Part shown: positions 51,434-61,929 of the stretch, piece by piece
Position numbering within the stretch: position 1 is the stretch's first letter
Layout of the letters: every line of letters starts with the position of its first letter
Assembly: GCA_048571215.1 (NCBI GenBank)
Contig: CP182352.1
Span: 2,144,001-2,208,000, forward strand
Direction: 5' to 3'
DNA from: Halarcobacter sp.
Lineage (GTDB): Bacteria; Campylobacterota; Campylobacteria; Campylobacterales; Arcobacteraceae
DNA length: 64,000 nucleotides
Notes under the pieces: model-generated
What the model was told of the DNA's origin: nothing
Databases searched by the model: none
The model's input: only the letters and a program-made list of their open reading frames with translations
Translations under genes and position numbers: made by a program

Positions 51434-52681
51434 CTATTTCTCAAATACTCTATCTAAAGCAGCTTTTGCTAAATACCTATCATAATAAGCACTATCAAAA
51501 CTTTGTTTTGCACTTGTTAAAAGATAATTTGCATTTATCAAATCAGTACTTGTTGATAAGCCCTCTTTAAATCTATTGTTTACTATTTTATAGTTTTCAT
51601 ATGATTGTTCTAAAGAGACTTTTGCAGTTTCATAGTTTAGTTTTGATACATTAAACTCCTCTATAGCTTTTTCATATTGAAGATTTATAGATAATTTCAA
51701 CTCTTCTAATTGCTCTTTATATTGCATCATTCTTTTTTGATAAATTATATCTTGAGAGTTGTCTCTTCCACCATTAAATAGATTCCAACTCATTTTTACA
51801 GTTGCAGCTTGTTGTTCATCTATCCCTGGCTCATCTACACTTAATGTGGCATCTTCACCAAGTTTTGTATACGATAGACTTAAATCTACACTAGGAAGAT
51901 AATTTCCATTATTTGCTTTCTTTTGGCTAACTATTGATTCAATAGAATTTTTTAACGCTTTTATCTCACTTCTATTATCTAAATAGTTTTCATCATTTTC
52001 ATCAAAAGATATCTCTTTTTTTACTAAATCTTCTATTGGTTCAGCCTTATCAAGCTTACCACCAAGTATATTTTTTAACTCAAATCTTGCAATCTTCGAA
52101 TCAGCTTCTGCTCTTGATAATGCTTGTTTTGCTTGAAGCATCTGTGCATTTACTTGAAGTAAATCATTTTTTGCTAAAAGCCCTTGTTCAAATCTATTTT
52201 TTGAATCCTCATATTGTTGCTTTAGTAATTTATATGCATTTTGTTTAGTCTCAATATTTTTTAAACTCTTTAGATAATTTATATAATATACTTTTGTATT
52301 GTATATCAAATCATTTTTTCTTGCCTCATAGGTAAAAAATGAGTTCTTTTCTAAAAACTTTGAACTATTTAATGTATAAAAATCTTTAAGTCCATTAAAA
52401 AGATTATAAGAGACTATTGCACTAGCAGATGAGTTATCTTTTCCATTACCATTTAAATCCTCTTTGTTTGCATCATATTCATAAGAAAGATTTAAAGTAG
52501 GAAGGTAAGATCCCTTTGAATAATTTACCCCCTCTTTTGCCTCATCTAAAACATAACTTTGTTTTTTCAAACCATTATTGTTTTTTAATGCCATATCTAT
52601 AGCTTTATTTAAATCTAATGCATAAAGATTTATACCTAAAAATGGAACAATCAAAATATTTAATAAACTTTTTTTCATCAT
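51434..52681 (-). CDS. TolC-family outer membrane efflux protein
   Basis: Signal peptide, two OEP repeats (YLPTL..YNLFNG; YLPSV..WNLFNGG). Confidence 0.92.
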   Translation of the reverse strand: MMKKSLLNILIVPFLGINLYALDLNKAIDMALKNNNGLKKQSYVLDEAKEGVNYSKGSYLPTLNLSYEYDANKEDLNGNGKDNSSASAIVSYNLFNGLKDFYTLNSSKFLEKNSFFTYEARKNDLIYNTKVYYINYLKSLKNIETKQNAYKLLKQQYEDSKNRFEQGLLAKNDLLQVNAQMLQAKQALSRAEADSKIARFELKNILGGKLDKAEPIEDLVKKEISFDENDENYLDNRSEIKALKNSIESIVSQKKANNGNYLPSVDLSLSYTKLGEDATLSVDEPGIDEQQAATVKMSWNLFNGGRDNSQDIIYQKRMMQYKEQLEELKLSINLQYEKAIEEFNVSKLNYETAKVSLEQSYENYKIVNNRFKEGLSTSTDLINANYLLTSAKQSFDSAYYDRYLAKAALDRVFEK

Positions 52682-52689
52682 TTTCTCCT

Positions 52690-55600
52690 TTATGCTTTAC
52701 TTACATCAACAGGTTCTTTATTTAAACCTTTTGATACTCTTTGTTCTAATTTTATAAAAAACATCAATAGTGCAGGAGTAACAAAGATTGTAAAGATTGT
52801 TGAAAAGGCTAATCCACCTGTAATAACAGAACCTAAACCTCTATAAAATTCACTTCCAGGTCCTGGAATCAATACAAGTGGTAACATACCAAATACAGAG
52901 GTCATTGATGACATATAAATAGGTCTAACTCTTGTTCTTGTAGCCTCTATAACTGCTTGTTTATGATTCATACCACCTTCTCGAATATAGTTCAAACTTT
53001 GATGTACAATCAAAATTGCATTGTTTACAACAATACCAACTAAAATAATAAACCCAAGCATAGTTAAAATATCTAAAGGTTGTGGGGCTATAAACCAGTT
53101 TGTCATTTGTAAACCTATAAATCCACCTGCTGTTGCTAAAGGCACTGTAAACATGATAACAATTGGATATAAAAAGTTCCCAAATAACGATGCCATAAGT
53201 AAATATACAATTACAAGTGCTAAGATAAAGTTACCCATAAGTAAACCAATAGTCTCACTAAGTTTATCAGCAGTTCCAGAGATGCCAATATTTACATCTT
53301 TTGATATCATACCTTTTGCTTCCATCCCCTTTAACATTCCACCAACTATTTTCATAGCTTCATCTATGGTCATACCTTGTTTTGGAGTAATTTGTAAGGT
53401 AATAGTTCTTTTTCCATTTAGGTGTCTAATTTCACTAATACCAGTTGTATTTTCATAACTTGCTAAAGAACTTATAGGTAATAAATCCTTATTTGGCAAA
53501 GCAATTTGTGTAGCTAAGATATCTTCAGGAGTTTTTATAATATTTTCATCTGCTTTTAAAACTAAATCAATTTTCTTTTTACCCTCTTGCTCATAATCAC
53601 CAATTTTTCTACCACTCATCAAGACATCAATAGTAACCCCTAAATCTCGTGAACTCATATTAAGAGCTTTAAGTGCATCTTGGTTTGGCTTTATTCTAAC
53701 TTCGGGATATAACAACTCTACAGATGGCACAGGTCTAATTTGACTACCTTTTAAAGTTTGCATAGTTGCACCATATAACATCGCACCTGTATTTGCAATC
53801 TCTTCAATCTTTTCACCACTAATATCAACATTTACTGTATTTCCTTCACCAATACCACTTTCAAATACTCCTGATTGTAAGGATACTCCAAATATTGAAG
53901 GCATTGAGTTTACAAGTGGTGCAAACATTGGGATTAAATCCCTCGCTCTATCTTCATGCATAGAGGTACCACCAAAAATATTAAAATCACCAAAAGATAC
54001 AAAAAATGCTCGACTTAAACCAGGTATATTTCCTACATCTTTATTGATATGAGGTTCAATACTTTTCATCAAATATGCACCCATATCGTATCTCTCTTGA
54101 TATGATAATCCAGGAGGTGTTATCAAGATATTAAAAATTAAGTTCTTATTACCTTGAGGTAGATAATCAAGTTTTGGGAAAAGTGCATATATTGTAAATA
54201 CTGAAAAAACTGCCAAAGAGACAATTGTCACTATTTTTGATAAGGTACTTTTTAATGACAATTTAACAATTGACATAATTAAATTAACCATTTTATGACC
54301 AAAATTAGCTATAGGTCCTGCATCTTTAGGTTCTTTTTTAGATACACTTGCAAATTTTTTCCAAAGCATTGGTATAACTGAGATTGAAACAAAAAGAGAA
54401 AATGTAACTGCTGATGTAACAGCAATTGCAATATCTTTAAACAGTTGTCCTGCTTCATCTTGTAAAAATACAATTGGTAAAAAAACTGCAATAGTAGTAA
54501 GTGCTGAGGCAATTAATGCACCCCAAACTTCACTTGTACCAACATATGCAGCTTCTGCTATACTCATTCCCTCTTTTCTATGCCTATCAATATTTTCTAA
54601 AACAACGATGGCGGAGTCAACGAGCATACCAACGGCAAAGGAGATTCCAGCTAATGAAATAGTGTTTAAACTTCTTCCCATAGCACTTAGAATAATAAAT
54701 GTCCCAATAATTGAAATTGGAATAGCAACAGATACTACAGCAGTAGGTGAAATACTTCTTAAAAAAACAATCAAAATAATAACAGCTAAAATACCACCTA
54801 TAAGGATGTTTTTTTGTACTAAATCAACAGAACCAACAATATATGGTCTTTGGTCATACAACCATTGAATCTTTAGTTTTTTCTCTTTTAGTATTCCATC
54901 ATTTAACTCATTTACAACTTTTTCAACATCATTTGTAAGTTTTACAACATTTACATCAGAACTTGGCTGAACTCCAAGAAAGATACCATCTTTTCCCAAG
55001 AACATTGCAACAGTACTAGGTGTTTCATAACCAAAATCAACCTTTGCAATATCTGCAACAGTAACTCTTTGTTCCCTATTTGAAATAAGTACAACATTTT
55101 CAATATCTTTAGGGGTTTTAAACTTACTTACTGTTCTAATTCTATATGCTCGTCTTTCAATATTTTGAATACCTGCAGATACATCAATATTCTCATTTTG
55201 TAAGGTATTTATAACTTGTGCAGTTGTTAAACCATAAGAAGCTAGTTTATTTGTATCAAAAACAATTTGCATCTGTTGTTCACGACCACCGCCACCCATA
55301 GTTCCAGCAACTCCGTCAACCCTTTTGATTACAGGTTTAATCTCATCATCAAAAAATGTTTTGTATTCATCTACATGTCTTGGATTATCTTCTAAAGTTT
55401 GAAGCATCATCCAAATAACAGGACTTGCCGTCGCTGTTTCAATTATAGGTTCTTCAACTCTATCGGGATAAGAACTTACCTCATTTAATTTATTTGAAAC
55501 ATCTTGTAATGCTGCTCTTAAATCAGTACCTAAAGCAAAGGTTAGAGTTATCTCTCCTGCATTATCTTTAGCAGAAGATTCATATTCTACTAGATTATTC

Positions 55601-55821
55601 AAACTCTTTAAGGCATCTTCTTGCTCTTCAATAATCTCTCTTTCAACCTCATAAGGAGTAGCTCCAGGCCAAGTTGTTGTAATCTTAATCTCAGGTTTAG
55701 TTACAGAGGGAGTTAATTGATAAGGTAATTTACTCAATGATAAAAACCCAAACAGTACAACAATAAGTACAGAAACAATTATTGTAACTGGGTTTTTAAT
55801 CGAAAATTTTATAATATCCAT
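52690..55821 (-). CDS. RND efflux permease (AcrB/D/F family)
   Basis: 1043 aa; GMLVDSAIVVLENI, GIVVNNAIL, RVRPI. Confidence 0.95.
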   Translation of the reverse strand: MDIIKFSIKNPVTIIVSVLIVVLFGFLSLSKLPYQLTPSVTKPEIKITTTWPGATPYEVEREIIEEQEDALKSLNNLVEYESSAKDNAGEITLTFALGTDLRAALQDVSNKLNEVSSYPDRVEEPIIETATASPVIWMMLQTLEDNPRHVDEYKTFFDDEIKPVIKRVDGVAGTMGGGGREQQMQIVFDTNKLASYGLTTAQVINTLQNENIDVSAGIQNIERRAYRIRTVSKFKTPKDIENVVLISNREQRVTVADIAKVDFGYETPSTVAMFLGKDGIFLGVQPSSDVNVVKLTNDVEKVVNELNDGILKEKKLKIQWLYDQRPYIVGSVDLVQKNILIGGILAVIILIVFLRSISPTAVVSVAIPISIIGTFIILSAMGRSLNTISLAGISFAVGMLVDSAIVVLENIDRHRKEGMSIAEAAYVGTSEVWGALIASALTTIAVFLPIVFLQDEAGQLFKDIAIAVTSAVTFSLFVSISVIPMLWKKFASVSKKEPKDAGPIANFGHKMVNLIMSIVKLSLKSTLSKIVTIVSLAVFSVFTIYALFPKLDYLPQGNKNLIFNILITPPGLSYQERYDMGAYLMKSIEPHINKDVGNIPGLSRAFFVSFGDFNIFGGTSMHEDRARDLIPMFAPLVNSMPSIFGVSLQSGVFESGIGEGNTVNVDISGEKIEEIANTGAMLYGATMQTLKGSQIRPVPSVELLYPEVRIKPNQDALKALNMSSRDLGVTIDVLMSGRKIGDYEQEGKKKIDLVLKADENIIKTPEDILATQIALPNKDLLPISSLASYENTTGISEIRHLNGKRTITLQITPKQGMTIDEAMKIVGGMLKGMEAKGMISKDVNIGISGTADKLSETIGLLMGNFILALVIVYLLMASLFGNFLYPIVIMFTVPLATAGGFIGLQMTNWFIAPQPLDILTMLGFIILVGIVVNNAILIVHQSLNYIREGGMNHKQAVIEATRTRVRPIYMSSMTSVFGMLPLVLIPGPGSEFYRGLGSVITGGLAFSTIFTIFVTPALLMFFIKLEQRVSKGLNKEPVDVSKA

Positions 55822-55829
55822 AATCTATC

Positions 55830-56870
55830 CTATTTATTTAAGATTTTCACAGGTGAGTTAGGGAAAACTCTTTCATTTCCTTTACTAACTATATCCATAC
55901 CAACTTTTAAGTTATCACTTGCAACTGCAACCTTATCATCAAGAAAACCTATTATTTTAACTGGTACCATTTGAGCAGTATTTTTGCTATCTATGAAAAA
56001 TACTACAGTTTGTCCAAACCTTTTAATAACTGCATCTCTAGGTAAAATAAGTGCTTGTGTTTTTTCTTCTTTTGATAAACTCACCTTTGCTTGCTGACCT
56101 TCAAAAGCAAAATTATCTTTTGGTAAGTTTGCTTTAAATTTTATAGGGAAAGTTCTTGTTAACTTATCTCCACTTGGAATAATAGCAGTCAATTTTCCCA
56201 TTACGCTATTTTTACCTATTTGTATCTCATAAGTATCATCTAATCTTAAACCAGCATAAATACTATATGGAACATTGAAAGTGATTTCAGCTTTTGTAGT
56301 ATCTACAATAGAAACAACAGCAGTTCCTGCACTAACCCATTCTCCAAGATTTATCTTTTTTTCTGATATAACACCTGAATAAGGAGCTTTTATTCTCTTT
56401 TTTGAAGCTTCAATTTGAAGTTGTGCTAAGGTAGCTTTTAGGGCTTTTACACTACTTTTTGAAGAATCTTTTTTCAACAATGCATCATCATACTCTTTTT
56501 GAGTAATCGATTTTGATTCCAAAAGTTTTTTATATCTAGAATAATCTTTTGAAGAGTTTTCCTCTTGATCTAAGGCTGCTTGTAAATTTGCTTTTGCTGC
56601 ATCAATTTGTGCATTTAATACATCGGCATCAATTTGAACTAAAGTTTTACCTTTTTTAACCCTATCACCCACATCAAAATTTATAGCTTTTACTACACCA
56701 GAATTTTGTGCTGCAAGAACTGAACTTCTATCAAACTTAACTGTTCCAACAAACTCTTGCAAAGGATTAACCTCCCCCTTTACAAGTTTTGTAACCTCAA
56801 CCAATGATGGCTTCCCAGCTGCAAAAACTGCAATTACTGAAAATACAAAAATTAAAATCTTTTTTATCAT
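55830..56870 (-). CDS. RND periplasmic adaptor (MFP)
   Basis: Lipoyl-like GDRVKKG and IKAPYSG, helical hairpin. Confidence 0.93.
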   Translation of the reverse strand: MIKKILIFVFSVIAVFAAGKPSLVEVTKLVKGEVNPLQEFVGTVKFDRSSVLAAQNSGVVKAINFDVGDRVKKGKTLVQIDADVLNAQIDAAKANLQAALDQEENSSKDYSRYKKLLESKSITQKEYDDALLKKDSSKSSVKALKATLAQLQIEASKKRIKAPYSGVISEKKINLGEWVSAGTAVVSIVDTTKAEITFNVPYSIYAGLRLDDTYEIQIGKNSVMGKLTAIIPSGDKLTRTFPIKFKANLPKDNFAFEGQQAKVSLSKEEKTQALILPRDAVIKRFGQTVVFFIDSKNTAQMVPVKIIGFLDDKVAVASDNLKVGMDIVSKGNERVFPNSPVKILNK

Positions 56871-56879
56871 CCTCTATCC

Positions 56880-57104
56880 TTATTCTTTTATTAATCTACT
56901 AGTGATTTTTTGCACTGCTGGTGCCACAAAAAAGATAATTGGAAAAGCTATTACAAAAGCTTTCCAATAAGCTTCAAACCATATAGAGATAAAACCATCT
57001 ACTAAACCTAGATTTATAAAGGTGATAACTCCACTCATTAAGCAACTCATAAATAAAGACATAAAAAATGCAAAAACTACCCTAGCATATTTTTTAGGTA
57101 TCAT
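56880..57104 (-). CDS. DUF2798-like small membrane protein
   Basis: FFMSLFMSCLMSG..W..AF.IAFP. Confidence 0.75.
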   Translation of the reverse strand: MIPKKYARVVFAFFMSLFMSCLMSGVITFINLGLVDGFISIWFEAYWKAFVIAFPIIFFVAPAVQKITSRLIKE

Positions 57105-57703
57105 TTTTTCACCTCTATTAAATCAAAAACAGTATTTAAAAACTGTTCACAAGTTTTATTTGCATCAAAATCAATTTGTGTCATCTTCATCAAAACAATA
57201 CCTTTTTCAAAAACCATAATGGGCTCTACAAATTTTTTGGCAATAGGTAATAACTCATTTTTTTCTATCCCTTCTTCTATTATCAGTTCTAGTTGATCCT
57301 TAAAAAAAGAGTTGCAAGAACTATTAAAAGTACACATTTCATCATTTGTCTCTGCCAAAACAGTAGACAAATACTCCCTATAACCATTAAAATGTTTTTT
57401 ATTTTCTTCTGTATCATTCATAACAAAATCTAAAAAATAAAATAGTTTCTCTTTTGTTGTTTCTACATTTTCTATATTTTTTAAAAACTTTTGATGATGA
57501 TACTCTATATGCATATTTACAATCTCAAATATAATGTCATCTTTATTTTCAAAATACTCATAAATGGTACCTTTCCCAATCCCTGCAGCTTGAGCAACTT
57601 GTGCTACTGTAAGATTTTTCATACCAACTTTATGAATCAAATCAAAGCAAGATATAGCTATCTCTCTTCTCTTTTCATATTTATCTACTACTTTTGGAGC
57701 CAC
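57101..57703 (-). CDS. TetR/AcrR-family regulator
   Basis: VAQAAGIGKGTIYEYFENK; GTG start. Confidence 0.93.
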   Translation of the reverse strand: MAPKVVDKYEKRREIAISCFDLIHKVGMKNLTVAQVAQAAGIGKGTIYEYFENKDDIIFEIVNMHIEYHHQKFLKNIENVETTKEKLFYFLDFVMNDTEENKKHFNGYREYLSTVLAETNDEMCTFNSSCNSFFKDQLELIIEEGIEKNELLPIAKKFVEPIMVFEKGIVLMKMTQIDFDANKTCEQFLNTVFDLIEVKK

Positions 57704-57738
57704 TTTTTTCCTTTGAAATTTAAAATATATTTTATGAC

Positions 57739-57827
57739 TGACCGTCGGTCAATAAATTTATTTTGAAATTATATTGAAGGAAACTTAAAACTATTTTAAA
57801 ATTTTTATGTAAGTTGACCACTGGTCA
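57739..57827. promoter_or_regulatory. Two TetR-type operators upstream of the tetR-RND operon
   Basis: TGACCGTCGGTCA (57739-57751) and TGACCACTGGTCA (57815-57827), both palindromic TGACC-N3-GGTCA. Confidence 0.75.
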
Positions 57828-57911
57828 GTTAATTTATTTTGCAATAATTTTTTAATCTAAAACTGAAAGTAAAGAGATGTTTTCTTTTTTAAAAGAAAAT
57901 ATCTCTTTTGA

Positions 57912-58538
57912 TTATTTTGTCCAACTATTGGTAATGTTAGAAAAATTTGGAACTACTAAATTTATAGTATCATTTGTTTGATATAAACTATCTAACTGAG
58001 CATATCCTAAATAGTTACCATCACTAGCACATCCATTAGCAGTCATATCAAAATAAGGAAGCTTATTAACATCAACTACTCCTGTCAATCTACAAGCATT
58101 TGTATCATTATAAATATTAACTACCCCACTTAATATATCCATTGTCCAAATATTATTTAGTGAATCTGCTGTTTTATATGTACCATCTAAGCTAGACTTG
58201 TCTATAGTACTATTAATTTCTGTTGGAGTTAATATAAAACCATCACACACTAAGTTATCCTTAGATTGTGTACAAGAGATGTTATTAAAAGTTGCTGATG
58301 TATTTTCACTATTAAATTTTCCTGTGTAGATTATATCTTCATCATTAACATTACTTGTTTTCATAATTGATACACTATCATTTATAAGTACATTTGCAAA
58401 CATATAAGCTCCACTTGCATCTTCAATATAACCAGAATAATCATTTGCTTTTATTTTTTCAGCATCATTACTGTTTCCACATCCATCCAATAAGAAAATT
58501 AATACAATAAATAGAATTGGTATTTTAAAATAATTCAT
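57912..58538 (-). CDS. Putative lipoprotein
   Basis: LLDGC lipobox-like; Cys-containing exported domain. Confidence 0.6.
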   Translation of the reverse strand: MNYFKIPILFIVLIFLLDGCGNSNDAEKIKANDYSGYIEDASGAYMFANVLINDSVSIMKTSNVNDEDIIYTGKFNSENTSATFNNISCTQSKDNLVCDGFILTPTEINSTIDKSSLDGTYKTADSLNNIWTMDILSGVVNIYNDTNACRLTGVVDVNKLPYFDMTANGCASDGNYLGYAQLDSLYQTNDTINLVVPNFSNITNSWTK

Positions 58539-58549
58539 TCTATCTTTCC

Positions 58550-59539
58550 TTATTTAACTAAAGCATTTAATCTATAAGCAATATGTGTAGATTTAGCTCT
58601 AGGTGCATTTTCTGTAGCATCTATTGTACTTATAGCTATGTAAGTATTTGCAACTACACCTTCTGATTTTGTATCAGTATTATCAATTGAAGTGGGGAAA
58701 AAATTTAATCCATATAGATTCATACTTGTATTATAACCATAAGCAGCACCATAACCTTCACCTAAATTTGACCATTTTAGCGCCATTCCCGATTCCCAAT
58801 TTACTTCTGTAAATTTAAATGCTGTTTGTGATGTTAATACATCTGCATCAGGAAGATTTACATTTAGACCCATATTTGGTGCTAAAATTGCCTCATCAGC
58901 TTTTTTTGTAGTTTCAAGTGTTTCTACAATTTTAACTACTTTATCAGCTACTAATTTTGCATAACTTAATGCTTCAGCATCATTTTTTGGAGTACTACCA
59001 GCACTTACAGCAATGGCTGGTATATTATTTACAATTGCTTCATGTGTAGCACCAAGTGTACCAGAAACAAATACTGAAAAACCAATATTTCTTCCTTCAT
59101 TAGGACCTGAAATTACTAAATCTGGATTTTTATTCCAAGTTTCATTTGCTTTAAAAATACCATGTGCTGAAGCCATAAGTGGTGAACCGTTTTTATAATC
59201 TTTGAATGTCTTAGTAGCCTTATCTGCTTCACTATCTCCTACACAATAACCATCTGTACCATTTTGATCATCTATAGTTAAAACACCCTGTGCATCTGCA
59301 CTTAACTTATGAACAGGAACAGCTTGTAAATAAGACCCCATATTACCACCTGTTCCACTTTGATGGGCACAAGGAACAGAAACAAGTACATTATGACCTG
59401 CTGTTTCCAATTTTAATTTTAATTGTTGAATATTTTTAGTTTCATAACTATCGTCATTAACTAAAACAATATTTAAAGCAGATGCTTGAGTTGATAATGC
59501 TAGTAGTGTAGCAACTAAACTTACAGATTTTCTTAACAT
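58550..59539 (-). CDS. Exported SurE-family nucleotidase/acid phosphatase
   Basis: Signal peptide ASA-L; VNDD, QSGTG, PDLVISGPNEGRN, SGT.GA. Confidence 0.85.
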   Translation of the reverse strand: MLRKSVSLVATLLALSTQASALNIVLVNDDSYETKNIQQLKLKLETAGHNVLVSVPCAHQSGTGGNMGSYLQAVPVHKLSADAQGVLTIDDQNGTDGYCVGDSEADKATKTFKDYKNGSPLMASAHGIFKANETWNKNPDLVISGPNEGRNIGFSVFVSGTLGATHEAIVNNIPAIAVSAGSTPKNDAEALSYAKLVADKVVKIVETLETTKKADEAILAPNMGLNVNLPDADVLTSQTAFKFTEVNWESGMALKWSNLGEGYGAAYGYNTSMNLYGLNFFPTSIDNTDTKSEGVVANTYIAISTIDATENAPRAKSTHIAYRLNALVK

Positions 59540-59796
59540 ATTTAACCTTTTTCTAAAATATATATCTATATCTACATATAGAGTTATTTATATTCTAATT
59601 GAAAAAAATTACTATATAATTTCAAAATAAACTATGTAAACATACTGTAATATATATTCTTTTTCTAGATTTATGTATGAAAGTGTTATTTATAAATTGG
59701 GTTATTTCAATGAAAAGGAGTTTTTCTAAAGTTATTCTTCTTTTTATTATAGCTTTTTGCTATATTTGTATTATACGAGATTTATCATCTAAAGTG

Positions 59797-60633
59797 TTAT
59801 TTTTCCCTAAAATTACCAACTAAATTTATTAAAGTGTTTGGTTCAAGTTTATCTTTTACTGCCATCAACTTTTCAACAATCTCTATTCTTTTTTCAAGAA
59901 TTTCTAATGATTTTTGTTCTCTATCAAGAGCAGCATTTTTCAATTCAGAGTATCTTCTTTCAGAAATATCTCTAACTTGTTCTAAAATTAAAACTGTCTC
60001 TGCTTCAACTTTTTCATTTGAAACTTTTTTCCCTTTTAACCATTCTTTTACATGACTTATTGCTTCTTGTCCTATTTCACCTATTTCATCTCTAACTGTT
60101 GTTTTATTTTCTGTATCAATTACAGTATTTAATAAATTGTTTACAGCTTTATAAATCTTCTTAGTTATTTGTTCTAATTCATCTGTAGGTTGTTTAGGTA
60201 ACAATTTTGATGTTGAGACTATTTCAATATTCTTTTGGTTATGATAAAGTTGTTCTAGAACTTCATCTAATACATCAATAAATATTGCAAAAGTTTTCAT
60301 AGCTTTTTTAGTATTCATTTTTGCAATAGATAAAAGAAGACCTTTTCTAGTTACAACCCATATTTCTTTTCTATTACCACCATGTGTTCCACTTGATGTC
60401 ACTCCTAGTGACATCAAAATTTTATCTTCTTCTTTAGTTGTTTGAAAAGCATAATTTTCATCAAAAATATCTTGATGCCTAGTAAAGTTTTGAACATAAC
60501 TTGAAGTTCTTCTATCAAAGACTTTTGCAATATCTGATGCTAACATTACATATTTGTCTCTTAATCTAAAAACCTTTATATTTGGAAATACATTAGAATT
60601 TGTAGTTATTACTTTATTTTGATTCACCTTCAT
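59797..60633 (-). CDS. ORF6N-domain (phage antirepressor-like) DNA-binding protein
   Basis: LR.K.VML.SDIA.VF....R....F...YAFQ.T.EE N-terminus; coiled-coil C-terminus. Confidence 0.7.
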   Translation of the reverse strand: MKVNQNKVITTNSNVFPNIKVFRLRDKYVMLASDIAKVFDRRTSSYVQNFTRHQDIFDENYAFQTTKEEDKILMSLGVTSSGTHGGNRKEIWVVTRKGLLLSIAKMNTKKAMKTFAIFIDVLDEVLEQLYHNQKNIEIVSTSKLLPKQPTDELEQITKKIYKAVNNLLNTVIDTENKTTVRDEIGEIGQEAISHVKEWLKGKKVSNEKVEAETVLILEQVRDISERRYSELKNAALDREQKSLEILEKRIEIVEKLMAVKDKLEPNTLINLVGNFREK

Positions 60634-60785
60634 CCTTAGAAACTTGATGTTATTAGTAGTGATATCAAGTTTATTATATATTTTATCATTATTTTATTTA
60701 CAATTATATATAATTAAAATCTCTTTTTTTAGAAACTTTAATTTATTGACTTATACTTAAAAGTGGAGATTCATCCTCTGGGGTG

Positions 60786-60923
60786 TTATCCAATTAACTT
60801 ATCTGTATCAAGATGATGGTTTATTTCAAGAGCTGTTGCAATATCTTTATCAAATATTTTTTTATTTCCTAATTCATTTGACAATATATCTTTTAATTTA
60901 TCTATTATTTCGTTATAATTCAT
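60786..60923 (-). pseudogene. Truncated phage CI-like/S24 repressor N-terminus (45 aa)
   Basis: MNYNEIIDKLKDILSNELGNKKIFDKDIATALEIN resembles the HTH start of Campylobacterota phage repressors, then stops early. Confidence 0.55.
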
Positions 60924-60960
60924 TTGCTTATTTTAACTAAAAAAACTAAAAAGGATTGAT

Positions 60961-61164
60961 ATGGCATCAACAGGAGAATTAGAAGGTCTAGTAAATAAAA
61001 AAGATGATTTATCATTTGAAGTATTAAAAAGAAAAGCACTTGCTTTAGGTGTAAAATGTGAGCATTGCACTAATAAGGAGTGTGTAATTCTTGCAATAGA
61101 AGATTTAATAGAATATAAACTAGAAAATTCACGCTCTCAAGGATTTAGTGGACCAAGTATGTGA
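60961..61164 (+). CDS. Hypothetical protein (CxxC), divergent from the repressor remnant
   Basis: AAGGA RBS; 67 aa; followed by hairpin GATAAGACC-taatt-GGTCTTATC. Confidence 0.55.
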   Translation: MASTGELEGLVNKKDDLSFEVLKRKALALGVKCEHCTNKECVILAIEDLIEYKLENSRSQGFSGPSM

Positions 61165-61185
61165 TAAGACCTAATTGGTCTTATC

Positions 61186-61512
61186 TTAATAATTAGTTAT
61201 AAAAACCTCCTTAACACTCTTCCTCTTTTTATGCATATTAGCCCCAAGTGTATAGGGTATCTCTTTTGTAGTTCTTATATTGAAGTCCTTATATAGCTCT
61301 CTTACTAGTTCACAATCATTATAACTCAATAAAAATCTACCTTTTACTTTTGACAACAGTGCTGCTAACTCTTCATGCTCTTTTAGTCCAAATCCACCTG
61401 TATTTTTATAGTAGCTTTCTGTTGATACATATGGAGGATCTACATAAAAGAATGCATCTTCTTTATCGTATAAAGGGATTAAGTTTTGGAAAGACTTATT
61501 TTCAATTATAAT
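61186..61512 (-). pseudogene. C-terminal fragment of a Dam-like (D12) DNA adenine methyltransferase
   Basis: IENKSFQNLIPLYDKEDAFFYVDPPYV...FLLSYNDC...EVFITNY*; the frame is closed by a stop at 61573-61575 with no ATG before the DPPY motif. Confidence 0.8.
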
Positions 61513-61892
61513 AAATATTTTAGATAATTTAAATTGTATGTACTCTCTTGAAGAGCGATGCTCTAGGCTTTCTCACTTTTTAGTTGTAAAAGTAAGACAA
61601 AAAGCAACCAGACGCGTTGTTGAAGCTAAAGTTCCCTCCAAGCTTTCTAATTATTTTCTGACCTGTGGGACTTGATATAAAACGTGACAAACTCACGTTT
61701 TAGCAAGTTTTTAGGCACTCAAAAGAGATAAATAAAAAGCGAGGGAACCTTCGGCGCCGAAACAGAAAAAAACGTTATTTTCATATCTCATCAAAGCTTG
61801 TCAAATCACCTACAAAGCCCTTTATATCGATATTTTATGCTATAATTACATTATTCAAATTTTAGCAAAAAAAGTTATATTTTTGCATAAAT

Positions 61893-61911
61893 GGTATCAC
61901 ATAGGTATCAC
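61893..61911 (+). repeat. Tandem direct repeat GGTATCAC (11-bp period), likely integrase arm-type sites
   Basis: Copies at 61893-61900 and 61904-61911, immediately upstream of the integrase. Confidence 0.5.
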
Positions 61912-61929
61912 TAAATTGAAGGAATTATA

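Noticed and set aside
61545..61800. tRNA/tmRNA integration target or retron msr-msd
   Set aside because: No cloverleaf, T-loop (GTTCRA) or tag reading frame is recognisable, and there is no reverse transcriptase in the window.
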